This document shows positions 12,230 to 25,300 of a DNA stretch of 64,000 nt, one piece after another (the first letter of the stretch is position 1; every line of letters starts with the position of its first letter). A program made the translations under genes and the position numbers. Source of the stretch: Eledone cirrhosa (lineage: Eukaryota). The stretch is taken from the NCBI GenBank assembly GCA_964016885.1, contig OZ024760.1, forward strand, positions 32,612,001-32,676,000, in the 5' to 3' direction. The notes beneath the pieces are model-generated. The model saw nothing but the letters and a program-made list of their open reading frames with translations. It did no database searches and was not told the origin of the DNA.

Positions 12230-15200
12230 TCTAGACAGAAAGCACCCAGTCCATCCTGTACAGTGGTTGTGTAGGTCTCAAGACAGAAAGCACCAGTCCA
12301 CCTTGTACAGTGGTTGTGTAGGTCTCAAGACAGAAATCACCCAGTCCATCCTGTACAGTGGTTGTGTAGGTCTCAAGACAGAAATCACCCAGTCCTCCCT
12401 GTATAGTGGTTGTGTAGGTCTCAAGACAGAAAGCACCCAGTCCATCCTGTACAGTGGTTGTGTAGGTCTCAAGACAGAAAGCACCCGGTCCACACTGTAC
12501 AGTGGTTGTGTAGGTCTCAAGACGGAAAGCACCCAGTCCACCCTGTACAGTGGTTGTGTATGTCTCAAGACAGAAAGTGCACAGTCCACCCTTTACAGTG
12601 GTTGTGTAGGTCTCAATACAGAAATCAACCAGTCCACCCTGTACAGTGGTTGTGTAGGTCTCAAGACAGAAAGCACCCAGTACACCCTGTACAGTGGTTG
12701 TGTAGGTCTCAAGACAGAAAGAACCCAGTCCACACTGTACAGTGGTTGTGTAGGTCTCAAGACAGAAATCACCCAGTCCACCCTGTACAGTGGTTGTGTA
12801 GGTCTCAAGACAGAAAGCACCCAGTCCACCCTGTACAGTGGTTGTGTAGGTCTCAAGACAGAAATCACCCAGTCCACCCTGTACAGTGGTTGTGTAGGTC
12901 TCAAGACAGAAAGAACCCAGTCCACACTGTACAGTGGTTGTATAGGTCTCAAGACAGAAAGCACCCAGTGCAGCCTGTACAATGGTTGTATAGGTCTCAA
13001 GACAGAAAGCACCCAGTCCACCCTGTACAGTGGTCGTGTAGGTCTCAAGACAGAAAGCACCCAGTCCACCCTGTACAGTGGTTGTGTAGGTCTCAAGACA
13101 GAAAGTGCCCAGTCCACCCTGTACAGTGGTTGTGTAGGTCTCAAGACAGAAATCACCCAGTCCACCCTGTACAGTGGTTGTGTTGGTCTCAAGACAGAAA
13201 AAACCCAGTCCACACTGTACAGTGGTTGTGTAGGTCTCAAGTCAGAAAGCACACAGTTCACTCTGTACAGTGGTTGTGTAGGTCAAGACAGAAAGCACCC
13301 AGTCCACACTGTATAGTGGTTGTGTAGGTCTCAAGACAGAAAGCACCCAGTCCACCCTGTACAGTGGTTGTCTAGGTCTCAATTCAGAAAGCACCCAGTC
13401 CACCCTGTACAGTGGTTGTGTAGGTCTCAAGTCAGAAAGCACCCAGTCAACCCTGTACAGTGGTTGTGTAGGTCTCAAGACAGAAAGTACCCAGTCCACA
13501 CTGTACAGTGGTTGTGTAGGTCTCAAGAGAGAAATCACCCAGTCCACACTGTACAGTGGTTGTGTAGGTCTGAAGACAGAAAGCACCCAGTCCACCCAGT
13601 ACAGTGGCTGTGTAGGTCTCAAGACAGAAAGCCTGCAGTCCACCATGTACATTGGTTGTGTAGGTCTCAAGACAGAAATCACCCAGTCCACCCTCTACAG
13701 TGGTTGTGCAGGTCTCAAGACAGAAAGCACCCAGTACTCCCTGTACAGTGGTTGTGTAGGTCTCAAGACAGAAAGCACCCGGTCCACACTGTACAGTGGT
13801 TGTGTAGGTCTCAAGACAGAAAGCACCCGCTCCACACTGTACAGTGGTTGTGTAGGTCTCAAGAGAGAAAGCACCCAGTCCACCCTGTACAGTGGTTGTG
13901 TAGGTCTCAAGTCAGAAAGCACCCAGTCCATCCTGTACAGTGGTTGTGCAGGTCTCAAGTCAGAAAGCACACAGTCCACTCTGTACAGTGGTTGTGTAGG
14001 TCAAGACAGAAAGCACCCAGTCCACACTGTATAGTGATTGTGTAGGTCTCAAGACAGAAAGCACACAGTCCTCCCTGTACAGTGGTTGTGTAGGTCTCAA
14101 GACAGAAAACACCCAGTCCACCCTGTACAGTGGTTGTGTAGGTCTCAATTCAGAAAGCACCCAGTCCACCCTGTACAGTGGTTGTGTAGGTCTCAAGTCA
14201 GAAAGCACCCAGTCCACCTTGTACAGTGGTTGTGTAGGTCTCAAGTCAGAAAGCACACAGTTCACTCTGTACAGTGGTTGTGTAGGTCAAGACAGAGAGC
14301 ACACAGTCCACACTGTATAGTGGTTGTGTAGGTCTCAAGACAGAAAGCACCCAGTCCACCCTGTACAGTGGTTGTGTAGGTCTCAAGTCAGAAAGCACCC
14401 AGTCCACCCTGTACAGTGGTTGTGTAGGTCTCAAGTCAGAAAGCACCCAGTCAACCCTGTACAGTGGTTGTGTAGGTCTCAAGACAGAAAGCACCCAGTC
14501 CACCCTGTACAATGATTGTGTAGGTCACAAGTCAGAAAGCACCCAGTCAACCCTGTACAGTGGTTGTGTAGGTCTCAAGTCAGAAAGCACCCAGTCCACC
14601 CTGTACAGTTGTTGTGTAGGTCTCAAGTCAGAAAGCACCCAGTCCATCCTGTACAGTGGTTGTGCAGGTCTCAAGTCAGAAAGCACACAGTCCACTCTGT
14701 ACAGTGGTTGTGTAGGTCAAGACAGAAAGCACCCAGTCCACACTGTATAGTGATTGTGTAGGTCTCTAGACAGAAAGCACCCAGTCCATCCTGTACAGTG
14801 GTTGTGTAGGTCTCAAGACAGAAAGCACCAGTCCACCTTGTACAGTGGTTGTGTAGGTCTCAAGACAGAAATCACCCAGTCCATCCTGTACAGTGGTTGT
14901 GTAGGTCTCAAGACAGAAATCACCCAGTCCTCCCTGTATAGTGGTTGTGTAGGTCTCAAGACAGAAAGCACCCAGTCCATCCTGTACAGTGGTTGTGTAG
15001 GTCTCAAGACAGAAAGCACCCGGTCCACACTGTACAGTGGTTGTGTAGGTCTCAAGACGGAAAGCACCCAGTCCACCCTGTACAGTGGTTGTGTATGTCT
15101 CAAGACAGAAAGTGCACAGTCCACCCTTTACAGTGGTTGTGTAGGTCTCAATACAGAAATCAACCAGTCCACCCTGTACAGTGGTTGTGTAGGTCTCAAG

Positions 15201-17060
15201 ACAGAAAGCACCCAGTACACCCTGTACAGTGGTTGTGTAGGTCTCAAGACAGAAAGAACCCAGTCCACACTGTACAGTGGTTGTGTAGGTCTCAAGACAG
15301 AAATCACCCAGTCCACCCTGTACAGTGGTTGTGTAGGTCTCAAGACAGAAAGCACCCAGTCCACCCTGTACAGTGGTTGTGTATGTCTCAAGACAGAAAT
15401 CACCCAGTCCACCCTGTACAGTGGTTGTGTAGGTCTCAAGACAGAAAGAACCCAGTCCACACTGTACAGTGGTTGTATAGGTCTCAAGACAGAAAGCACC
15501 CAGTGCAGCCTGTACAATGGTTGTATAGGTCTCAAGACAGAAAGCACCCAGTCCACCCTGTACAGTGGTCGTGTAGGTCTCAAGACAGAAAGCACCCAGT
15601 CCACCCTGTACAGTGGTTGTGTAGGTCTCAAGACAGAAAGTGCCCAGTCCACCCTGTACAGTGGTTGTGTAGGTCTCAAGACAGAAATCACCCAGTCCAC
15701 CCTGTACAGTGGTTGTGTTGGTCTCAAGACAGAAAAAACCCAGTCCACACTGTACAGTGGTTGTGTAGGTCTCAAGTCAGAAAGCACACAGTTCACTCTG
15801 TACAGTGGTTGTGTAGGTCAAGACAGAAAGCACCCAGTCCACACTGTATAGTGGTTGTGTAGGTCTCAAGACAGAAAGCACCCAGTCCACCCTGTACAGT
15901 GGTTGTCTAGGTCTCAATTCAGAAAGCACCCAGTCCACCCTGTACAGTGGTTGTGTAGGTCTCAAGACAGAAAGCACCCAGTCCACCCTGTACAATGATT
16001 GTGTAGGTCACAAGACAGAAAGTACCCAGTCCACACTGTACAGTGGTTGTGTAGGTCTCAAGAGAGAAATCACCCAGTCCACACTGTACAGTGGTTGTGT
16101 AGGTCTGAAGACAGAAATCACCCAGTCCACCCAGTACAGTGGCTGTGTAGGTCTCAAGACAGAAAGCCTGCAGTCCACCATGTACATTGGTTGTGTAGGT
16201 CTCAAGACAGAAATCACCCAGTCCACCCTCTACAGTGGTTGTGCAGGTCTCAAGACAGAAAGCACCCAGTACTCCCTGTACAGTGGTTGTGTAGGTCTCA
16301 AGACAGAAAGCACCCGGTCCACACTGTACAGTGGTTGTGTAGGTCTCAAGACAGAAAGCACCCGCTCCACACTGTACAGTGGTTGTGTAGGTCTCAAGAG
16401 AGAAAGCACCCAGTCCACCCTGTACAGTGGTTGTGTAGGTCTCAAGTCAGAAAGCACCCAGTCCATCCTGTACAGTGGTTGTGCAGGTCTCAAGTCAGAA
16501 AGCACACAGTCCACTCTGTACAGTGGTTGTGTAGGTCAAGACAGAAAGCACCCAGTCCACACTGTATAGTGATTGTGTAGGTCTCAAGACAGAAAGCACA
16601 CAGTCCTCCCTGTACAGTGGTTGTGTAGGTCTCAAGACAGAAAACACCCAGTCCACCCTGTACAGTGGTTGTGTAGGTCTCAATTCAGAAAGCACCCAGT
16701 CCACCCTGTACAGTGGTTGTGTAGGTCTCAAGTCAGAAAGCACCCAGTCCACCTTGTACAGTGGTTGTGTAGGTCTCAAGTCAGAAAGCACACAGTTCAC
16801 TCTGTACAGTGGTTGTGTAGGTCAAGACAGAGAGCACACAGTCCACACTGTATAGTGGTTGTGTAGGTCTCAAGACAGAAAGCACCCAGTCCACCCTGTA
16901 CAGTGGTTGTGTAGGTCTCAAGTCAGAAAGCACCCAGTCCACCCTGTACAGTGGTTGTGTAGGTCTCAAGGCAGAAAGCACCCAGTCAACCCTGTACAGT
17001 GGTTGTGTAGGTCTCAAGACAGAAAGCACCCAGTCCACCCTGTACAATGATTGTGTAGGT
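12230..17060 (+). repeat. Higher-order duplication, period 2535 bp (53 monomers minus 9 bp)
   Basis: ORF pairs 12278/14813, 12410/14945, 13645/16180, 14038/16573, 14324/16859. The 9-bp deficit equals one 1-bp deletion (~12291) plus four 2-bp deletions (~13280, 13998, 14284, 14714). Confidence 0.9.
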
Positions 17061-17939
17061 CACAAGACAGAAAGAACCCAGTCCACACTGTACAGTGGTT
17101 GTGTAGGTCTCAAGAGAGAAATCACCCAGTCCACACTGTACAGTGGTTGTGTAGGTCTCAAGACAGAAAGTGCCAAGTCCACCCTGTACAGTGGTTGTGT
17201 AGGTCTCAAGACAGAAATCACCCAGTCAACCCTGTACAGTGGTTTTGTAGGTCTCAAGACAGAAAGCACCCAGTCCACCCTGTACAGTGGTTGTGTAGGT
17301 ATCAAGACAGAAAGCACCCAGTCCTCCCTGTACAGTGGTTGTGTAGGTCTCAAGACAGAAAGCACCCAGTCCTCCCTGTACAGTGGTTGTGTAGGTCTCA
17401 AGACAGAAAGCACCCAGTCCACCCTGTACAGTGGTTGTGTACGTCTCAAGACAGAAAGCACCCAGTCCTCCCTGTACAGTGGTTTTGTAGGTCTCAAGAC
17501 AGAAAGCACCCAGGCCACCCTGTACAGTGGTTGTGTACGTCTCAAGACAGAAAGCACCCAGTCCTCCCTGTACAGTGGTTGTGTAGGTTTCAAGACAGAA
17601 AGCACCCAGTCCACCCTGTACAGTGGTTGTGTAGATCTCAAGACAGAAAGCACCCGGTCCACCCTGTACAGTGGCTGTGTAGGTCTCAAGACAAAAATCA
17701 TGCAGTCCACCCTGTACAGTGGTTGTGTACGTCTCAAGACAGAAAGCACCCAGTCCTCCCTGTACAGTGGTTGTGTAGGTCTCAAGACAGAAAGCACCCA
17801 GTCCACCCTGTACAGTGGCTGTGTAGGTCTCAAGACAGAAATCACCCAGTCCACCCTGTACAGTGGTTGTGCAGGTCTCAAGACAGAAATCATCCAGTCC
17901 ACCCTATACAGTGGTTGTGTAGGTCTCAAGAGAGAAAGC

Positions 17940-18990
17940 ACCCAGTCCACCCTGTACAGGGGTTGTGTAGGTCTCAAGACAGAAAGAACCCAGTCCACAC
18001 TGTACAGTGGTTGTGTAGGTCTCAAGACAGAAAGCACCCAGTCCTCCCTGTACAGTGGTTGTGTAGGTCTCAAGACAGAAAGCACCCAGGCCACCCTGTA
18101 CAGTGGTTGTGTAGGTCTCAAGACAGAAAGCACCCAGTCTACAGTGTACAGTGCATGTGTAGGTCTCTAGACAGAAAGCACCCAGTCCATCCTGTACAGT
18201 GGTTGTGTAGGTCTCAAGACAGAAATCACCCAGTCCACCCAGTACAGTGGTTATGTAGGTCTCAAGACAGAAAGCACCCAGTCCACCCTGTACAGTAGTT
18301 GTGTAGGTGTCAAGACAGAAAGCACACAGTTCACAGTGTACAGTGGTTGTGTAGGTCTCTAGACAGAAAGCACCCAGTCCATCCTGTACAGTGGTCGTGT
18401 AGGTCTCAAGACAGAAATCACCCAGTCCACCCTGTACAGTGGTTGTGTAGGTCTCAAGACAGAAAGCACCCAGTCCACCCTGTACAGGGGTTGTGTAGAT
18501 CTCAAGACAGAAAGAACCCAGTCCACACTGTACAGTGGTTGTGTAGGTCTCAAGACAGAAATCACCCAGTCCTCCCTGTACAGTGGTTGTGTAGGTCTCA
18601 AGACAGAAAGCACCCAGGCCACCCTGTACAGTGGTTGTGTAGGTCTCAAGACAGAAAGCACCCAGTCTACAGTGTACAGTGCATGTGTAGGTCTCTAGAC
18701 AGAAAGCACCCAGTCCATCCTGTACAGTGGTTGTGTAGGTCTAGAGACAGAAAGCACCCAGTCCACCCTGTACAGTGGTTATGTAGGTCTCAAGACAGAA
18801 AGCACCCAGTCCACCCTGTACAGTAGTTGTGTAGGTGTCAAGACAGAAAGCACACAGTTCACAGTGTACAGTGGTTGTGTAGGTCTCTAGACAGAAAGCA
18901 CCCAGTCCATCCTGTACAGTGGTCGTGTATGTCTCAAGACAGAAATCACCCAGTCCACCCTGTACAGTGGTTGTGTAGGTCTCAAGACAG
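17940..18990 (+). repeat. 528-bp (11-monomer) imperfect tandem duplication; related copies at ~28.5-29.2 kb and ~41.0-41.7 kb
   Basis: ORF starts 18299/18827, 28561/29089 and 41035/41563 differ by 528. The markers CAGGGG, CAGGCCAC, GTGCATGT and GTAGTT..GGTGTC recur at that spacing. Confidence 0.82.
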
Positions 18991-19324
18991 AAAGCACCCA
19001 GTCCACCCTGTACAGTGGTTGTGTAGGTCTCAAGACAGAAAGCACCCAGTCCACCCTGTACAGTGGTTGTGTAGGTCTCAAGACAGAAAACACCCAGTCC
19101 ACACTGTACAGTGGTTGTGTAGGTCTCAAGACAGAAAGCACCCAGTCCACCCTGTAGAGTGGTTGTGTAGGTGTCAAGACAGAAAGAGCCCAGTCCACAC
19201 TGTACAGTGGTTGTGTAGGTCTCAAGACAGAAAGCACCCAGTCCACACTGTGCAGTGGTTGTGTAGGTCTCAAGATAGAAAGCACCCAGTCCACCCTGTA
19301 CAGTGGTTGTGTAGGTCTCAAGAC

Positions 19325-22300
19325 AGAAAGTGCCCAGTCCACCCTGTACAGTGGTTGTGTAGGTCTCAAGACAGAAATCAGCCAGTCCACCCTGTACAGT
19401 GGTTGTGTAGGTCTCAAGACAGAATGCACCCAGTCCACACTGTACAGTGGTTGTGTAGGTCTCAAGACAGAATGCACCCAGTCCACCCTGTACAGTGGTC
19501 GTGTAGGTCTCAAGACAGAATGCACCCAGTCCACCCTGTACAGTGGTCGTGTAGGTCTCAAGACAGAAAGCACCCAGTCCACACTGTACAGTGGTTGTGT
19601 AGGTCTCAAGACAGAAAGCACCCAGTCCACACTGTACAGTGGTTGTGTAGGTCTCAAGACAGAATGCACCCAGTCCACCCTGTACAGTGGCTGTGTAGGT
19701 CTCAAGACAGAAAGCACCCAGTCCACCCTGTCCAGTGGCTGTGTAGGTCTCAAGACAGAAAGCACCCAGTCCACACTGTACAGTGGTTGTGTAGATCTCA
19801 AGATAGAAATCACCCAGTCCACCCTGTACAGTGGTAGTGTAGGACTCAAGACAGAAAGCACCCAGTCCACCCTGTCCAGTGGTTGTGTAGGTCTCAAGAC
19901 AGAAAGCACCCGGTCCACACTGTACAGTGGTTGTGTAGGTCTCAAGACAGAAAGCACCCAGTCCTCCCTGTACAGTGGTTGTGTAGGTCTCAAGACAGAA
20001 AGCACCCAGTCCACCCTGTACAGTGGTTGTGTAGGTCTCAAGACAGAAAGCACCCGGTCCACACTGTACAGTGGTTGCGTAGGTCTCAAGACAGAACGTG
20101 CCCAGTACAACTTGTACAGTGGTTGTGTATGTCTCAAGACAGAAAGCACCCAGTCCACCCTGTACAGTGGTTGTGTAGGTCTCAATTCAGAAAGCACCCA
20201 GTCCACCCTGTACAGTGGTTGTGTAGGTCTCAAGACAGAAAGCACCCCGTGCACACTGTACAGTGGTTGTGTAGGTCTCAAGACAGAGAGCACCCAGTCC
20301 ACCCTGTACAGTGGTTGTGTAGGTCTCAAGACAGAAAGCACCCGGTCCACACTGTACAGTGGTTGTGTAGGTCTCAAGACAGAAAGCACCCAGTCCACCC
20401 TGTACAGTGGTTGTGTAGGTCTCAAGACAGAAAGCACCCAGTCCACCCTGTACAGTGGTTGTGTAGGTCTCAAGACAGAAAGAACCCAGTCCACCCTGTA
20501 CAGTGGTTGTGTAGGTCTCAAGACAGAAAACACCCAGTCCACACTGTACAGTGGTTGTGTAGGTCTCAAGACAGAAAGCACCCAGTCCACCCTGTAGAGT
20601 GATTGTGTAGGTCTCAAGACAGAAAGAACCCAGTCCACACCGTAAAGTGGTTGTGTAGGTCTCAAGACAGAAAGCACCCAGTCCACACTGTACAGTGGTT
20701 GTGTAGGTCTCAAGATAGAAAGCACCTAGTCCACCCTGTACAGTGGTTGTGTAGGTCTCAAGACAGAAAGTGCCCAGTCCACCCTGTACAGTGGTTGTGT
20801 AGGTCTCAAGACAGAAAGCACCCAGTCTACAGTGTACAGTGGTTGTGTAGGTCTCTAGACAGAAAGCACCCAGTCCATCCTGTACAGTGGTCGTGTAGGT
20901 CTCAAGACAGAAATCACCCAGTCCACCCTGTACAGTGGTTGTGTAGGTCTCAAGACAGAAAGCACCCAGTCCACCCTGTACAGTGGTTGTGTAGGTCTCA
21001 AGACAGAAAGCACCCAGTCCACCCTGTACAGTGGTTGTGTAGGTGTCAAGACAGAAAGCACCCAGTCCACAGTGTACAGTGGTTGTGTAGGTCTCTAGAC
21101 AGAAAGCACCAAGTCCATCCTGTACAGTGGTTGTGTAGGTCTCAAGACCAAAATCACCCAGTCCACACTGTACAGTGGTTGTGTAGGTCTCAAGACAGAA
21201 AGCCCCCAGTCCACACTGTACAGTGGTTGTGTAGGTCTCAAGACAGAAAGCACCTGGTGCACCCTGTACAGTGGTTGTGTAGGTCTCTAGACAGAAAGCA
21301 CCCAGTCCATCCTGTACAGTGGTTGTGTAGGTCTCAAGACAGAAAGCACCAGTCCACCTTGTACAGTGGTTGTGTAGGTCTCAAGACAGAAATCACCCAG
21401 TCCATCCTGTACAGTGGTTGTGTAGGTCTCAAGACAGAAATCACCCAGTCCTCCCTGTATAGTGGTTGTGTAGGTCTCAAGACAGAAAGCACCCAGTCCA
21501 TCCTGTACAGTGGTTGTGTAGGTCTCAAGACAGAAAGCACCCGGTCCACACTGTACAGTGGTTGTGTAGGTCTCAAGACAGAAAGCACCCAGTCCTCCCT
21601 GTACAGTGGTTGTGTAGGTCTCAAGACAGAAAGCACCCAGTCCACCCACTACAGTGGTTGTGTAGGTCTCAAGACGGAAAGCACCCAGTCCACCCTGTAC
21701 AGTGGTTGTGTATGTCTCAAGACAGAAAGTGCACAGTCCACCCTTTACAGTGGTTGTGTAGGTCTCAATACAGAAATCAACCAGTCCACCCTGTACAGTG
21801 GTTGTGTAGGTCTCAAGACAGAAAGCACCCAGTACACCCTGTACAGTGGTTGTGTAGGTCTCAAGACAGAAAGAACCCAGTCCACACTGTACAGTGGTTG
21901 TGTAGGTCTCAAGACAGAAATCACCCAGTCCACCCTGTACAGTGGTTGTGTAGGTCTCAAGACAGAAAGCACCCAGTCCACCCTGTACAGTGGTTGTGTA
22001 GGTCTCAAGACAGAAATCACCCAGTCCACCCTGTACAGTGGTTGTGTAGGTCTCAAGACAGAAAGAACCCAGTCCACACTGTACAGTGGTTGTATAGGTC
22101 TCAAGACAGAAAGCACCCAGTGCAGCCTGTACAATGGTTGTATAGGTCTCAAGACAGAAAGCACCCAGTCCACCCTGTACAGTGGTCGTGTAGGTCTCAA
22201 GACAGAAAGCACCCAGTCCACCCTGTACAGTGGTTGTGTAGGTCTCAAGACAGAAAGTGCCCAGTCCACCCTGTACAGTGGTTGTGTAGGTCTCAAGACA

Positions 22301-25300
22301 GAAATCACCCAGTCCACCCTGTACAGTGGTTGTGTTGGTCTCAAGACAGAAAAAACCCAGTCCACACTGTACAGTGGTTGTGTAGGTCTCAAGTCAGAAA
22401 GCACACAGTTCACTCTGTACAGTGGTTGTGTAGGTCAAGACAGAAAGCACCCAGTCCACACTGTATAGTGGTTGTGTAGGTCTCAAGACAGAAAGCACCC
22501 AGTCCACCCTGTACAGTGGTTGTCTAGGTCTCAATTCAGAAAGCACCCAGTCCACCCTGTACAGTGGTTGTGTAGGTCTCAAGTCAGAAAGCACCCAGTC
22601 AACCCTGTACAGTGGTTGTGTAGGTCTCAAGACAGAAAGCACCCAGTCCACCCTGTACAATGATTGTGTAGGTCACAAGACAGAAAGTACCCAGTCCACA
22701 CTGTACAGTGGTTGTGTAGGTCTCAAGAGAGAAATCACCCAGTCCACACTGTACAGTGGTTGTGTAGGTCTGAAGACAGAAAGCACCCAGTCCACCCAGT
22801 ACAGTGGCTGTGTAGGTCTCAAGACAGAAAGCCTGCAGTCCACCATGTACATTGGTTGTGTAGGTCTCAAGACAGAAATCACCCAGTCCACCCTCTACAG
22901 TGGTTGTGCAGGTCTCAAGACAGAAAGTGCCCAGTCCACCCTGTACAGTGGTTGTGTAGGTCTCAAGACAGAAATCAGCCAGTCCACCCTGTACAGTGGT
23001 TGTGTAGGTCTCAAGACAGAATGCACCCAGTCCACACTGTACAGTGGTTGTGTAGGTCTCAAGACAGAATGCACCCAGTCCACCCTGTACAGTGGTCGTG
23101 TAGGTCTCAAGACAGAATGCACCCAGTCCACCCTGTACAGTGGTCGTGTAGGTCTCAAGACAGAAAGCACCCAGTCCACACTGTACAGTGGTTGTGTAGG
23201 TCTCAAGACAGAAAGCACCCAGTCCACACTGTACAGTGGTTGTGTAGGTCTCAAGACAGAATGCACCCAGTCCACCCTGTACAGTGGCTGTGTAGGTCTC
23301 AAGACAGAAAGCACCCAGTCCACCCTGTCCAGTGGCTGTGTAGGTCTCAAGACAGAAAGCACCCAGTCCACACTGTACAGTGGTTGTGTAGATCTCAAGA
23401 TAGAAATCACCCAGTCCACCCTGTACAGTGGTAGTGTAGGACTCAAGACAGAAAGCACCCAGTCCACCCTGTCCAGTGGTTGTGTAGGTCTCAAGACAGA
23501 AAGCACCCGGTCCACACTGTACAGTGGTTGTGTAGGTCTCAAGACAGAAAGCACCCAGTCCTCCCTGTACAGTGGTTGTGTAGGTCTCAAGACAGAAAGC
23601 ACCCAGTCCACCCTGTACAGTGGTTGTGTAGGTCTCAAGACAGAAAGCACCCGGTCCACACTGTACAGTGGTTGCGTAGGTCTCAAGACAGAACGTGCCC
23701 AGTACAACTTGTACAGTGGTTGTGTATGTCTCAAGACAGAAAGCACCCAGTCCACCCTGTACAGTGGTTGTGTAGGTCTCAATTCAGAAAGCACCCAGTC
23801 CACCCTGTACAGTGGTTGTGTAGGTCTCAAGACAGAAAGCACCCCGTGCACACTGTACAGTGGTTGTGTAGGTCTCAAGACAGAGAGCACCCAGTCCACC
23901 CTGTACAGTGGTTGTGTAGGTCTCAAGACAGAAAGCACCCGGTCCACACTGTACAGTGGTTGTGTAGGTCTCAAGACAGAAAGCACCCAGTCCACCCTGT
24001 ACAGTGGTTGTGTAGGTCTCAAGACAGAAAGCACCCAGTCCACCCTGTACAGTGGTTGTGTAGGTCTCAAGACAGAAAGAACCCAGTCCACCCTGTACAG
24101 TGGTTGTGTAGGTCTCAAGACAGAAAACACCCAGTCCACACTGTACAGTGGTTGTGTAGGTCTCAAGACAGAAAGCACCCAGTCCACCCTGTAGAGTGAT
24201 TGTGTAGGTCTCAAGACAGAAAGAACCCAGTCCACACCGTAAAGTGGTTGTGTAGGTCTCAAGACAGAAAGCACCCAGTCCACACTGTACAGTGGTTGTG
24301 TAGGTCTCAAGATAGAAAGCACCTAGTCCACCCTGTACAGTGGTTGTGTAGGTCTCAAGACAGAAAGTGCCCAGTCCACCCTGTACAGTGGTTGTGTAGG
24401 TCTCAAGACAGAAAGCACCCAGTCTACAGTGTACAGTGGTTGTGTAGGTCTCTAGACAGAAAGCACCCAGTCCATCCTGTACAGTGGTCGTGTAGGTCTC
24501 AAGACAGAAATCACCCAGTCCACCCTGTACAGTGGTTGTGTAGGTCTCAAGACAGAAAGCACCCAGTCCACCCTGTACAGTGGTTGTGTAGGTCTCAAGA
24601 CAGAAAGCACCCAGTCCACCCTGTACAGTGGTTGTGTAGGTGTCAAGACAGAAAGCACCCAGTCCACAGTGTACAGTGGTTGTGTAGGTCTCTAGACAGA
24701 AAGCACCAAGTCCATCCTGTACAGTGGTTGTGTAGGTCTCAAGACCAAAATCACCCAGTCCACACTGTACAGTGGTTGTGTAGGTCTCAAGACAGAAAGC
24801 CCCCAGTCCACACTGTACAGTGGTTGTGTAGGTCTCAAGACAGAAAGCACCTGGTGCACCCTGTACAGTGGTTGTGTAGGTCTCTAGACAGAAAGCACCC
24901 AGTCCATCCTGTACAGTGGTTGTGTAGGTCTCAAGACAGAAAGCACCAGTCCACCTTGTACAGTGGTTGTGTAGGTCTCAAGACAGAAATCACCCAGTCC
25001 ATCCTGTACAGTGGTTGTGTAGGTCTCAAGACAGAAATCACCCAGTCCTCCCTGTATAGTGGTTGTGTAGGTCTCAAGACAGAAAGCACCCAGTCCATCC
25101 TGTACAGTGGTTGTGTAGGTCTCAAGACAGAAAGCACCCGGTCCACACTGTACAGTGGTTGTGTAGGTCTCAAGACAGAAAGCACCCAGTCCTCCCTGTA
25201 CAGTGGTTGTGTAGGTCTCAAGACAGAAAGCACCCAGTCCACCCACTACAGTGGTTGTGTAGGTCTCAAGACGGAAAGCACCCAGTCCACCCTGTACAGT

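Noticed and set aside
19246-19252. Minus-strand RSS (CACTGTG variant paired with ACACAACC)
   Set aside because: The heptamer-to-nonamer distance would be about 29 nt, matching neither 12 nor 23.
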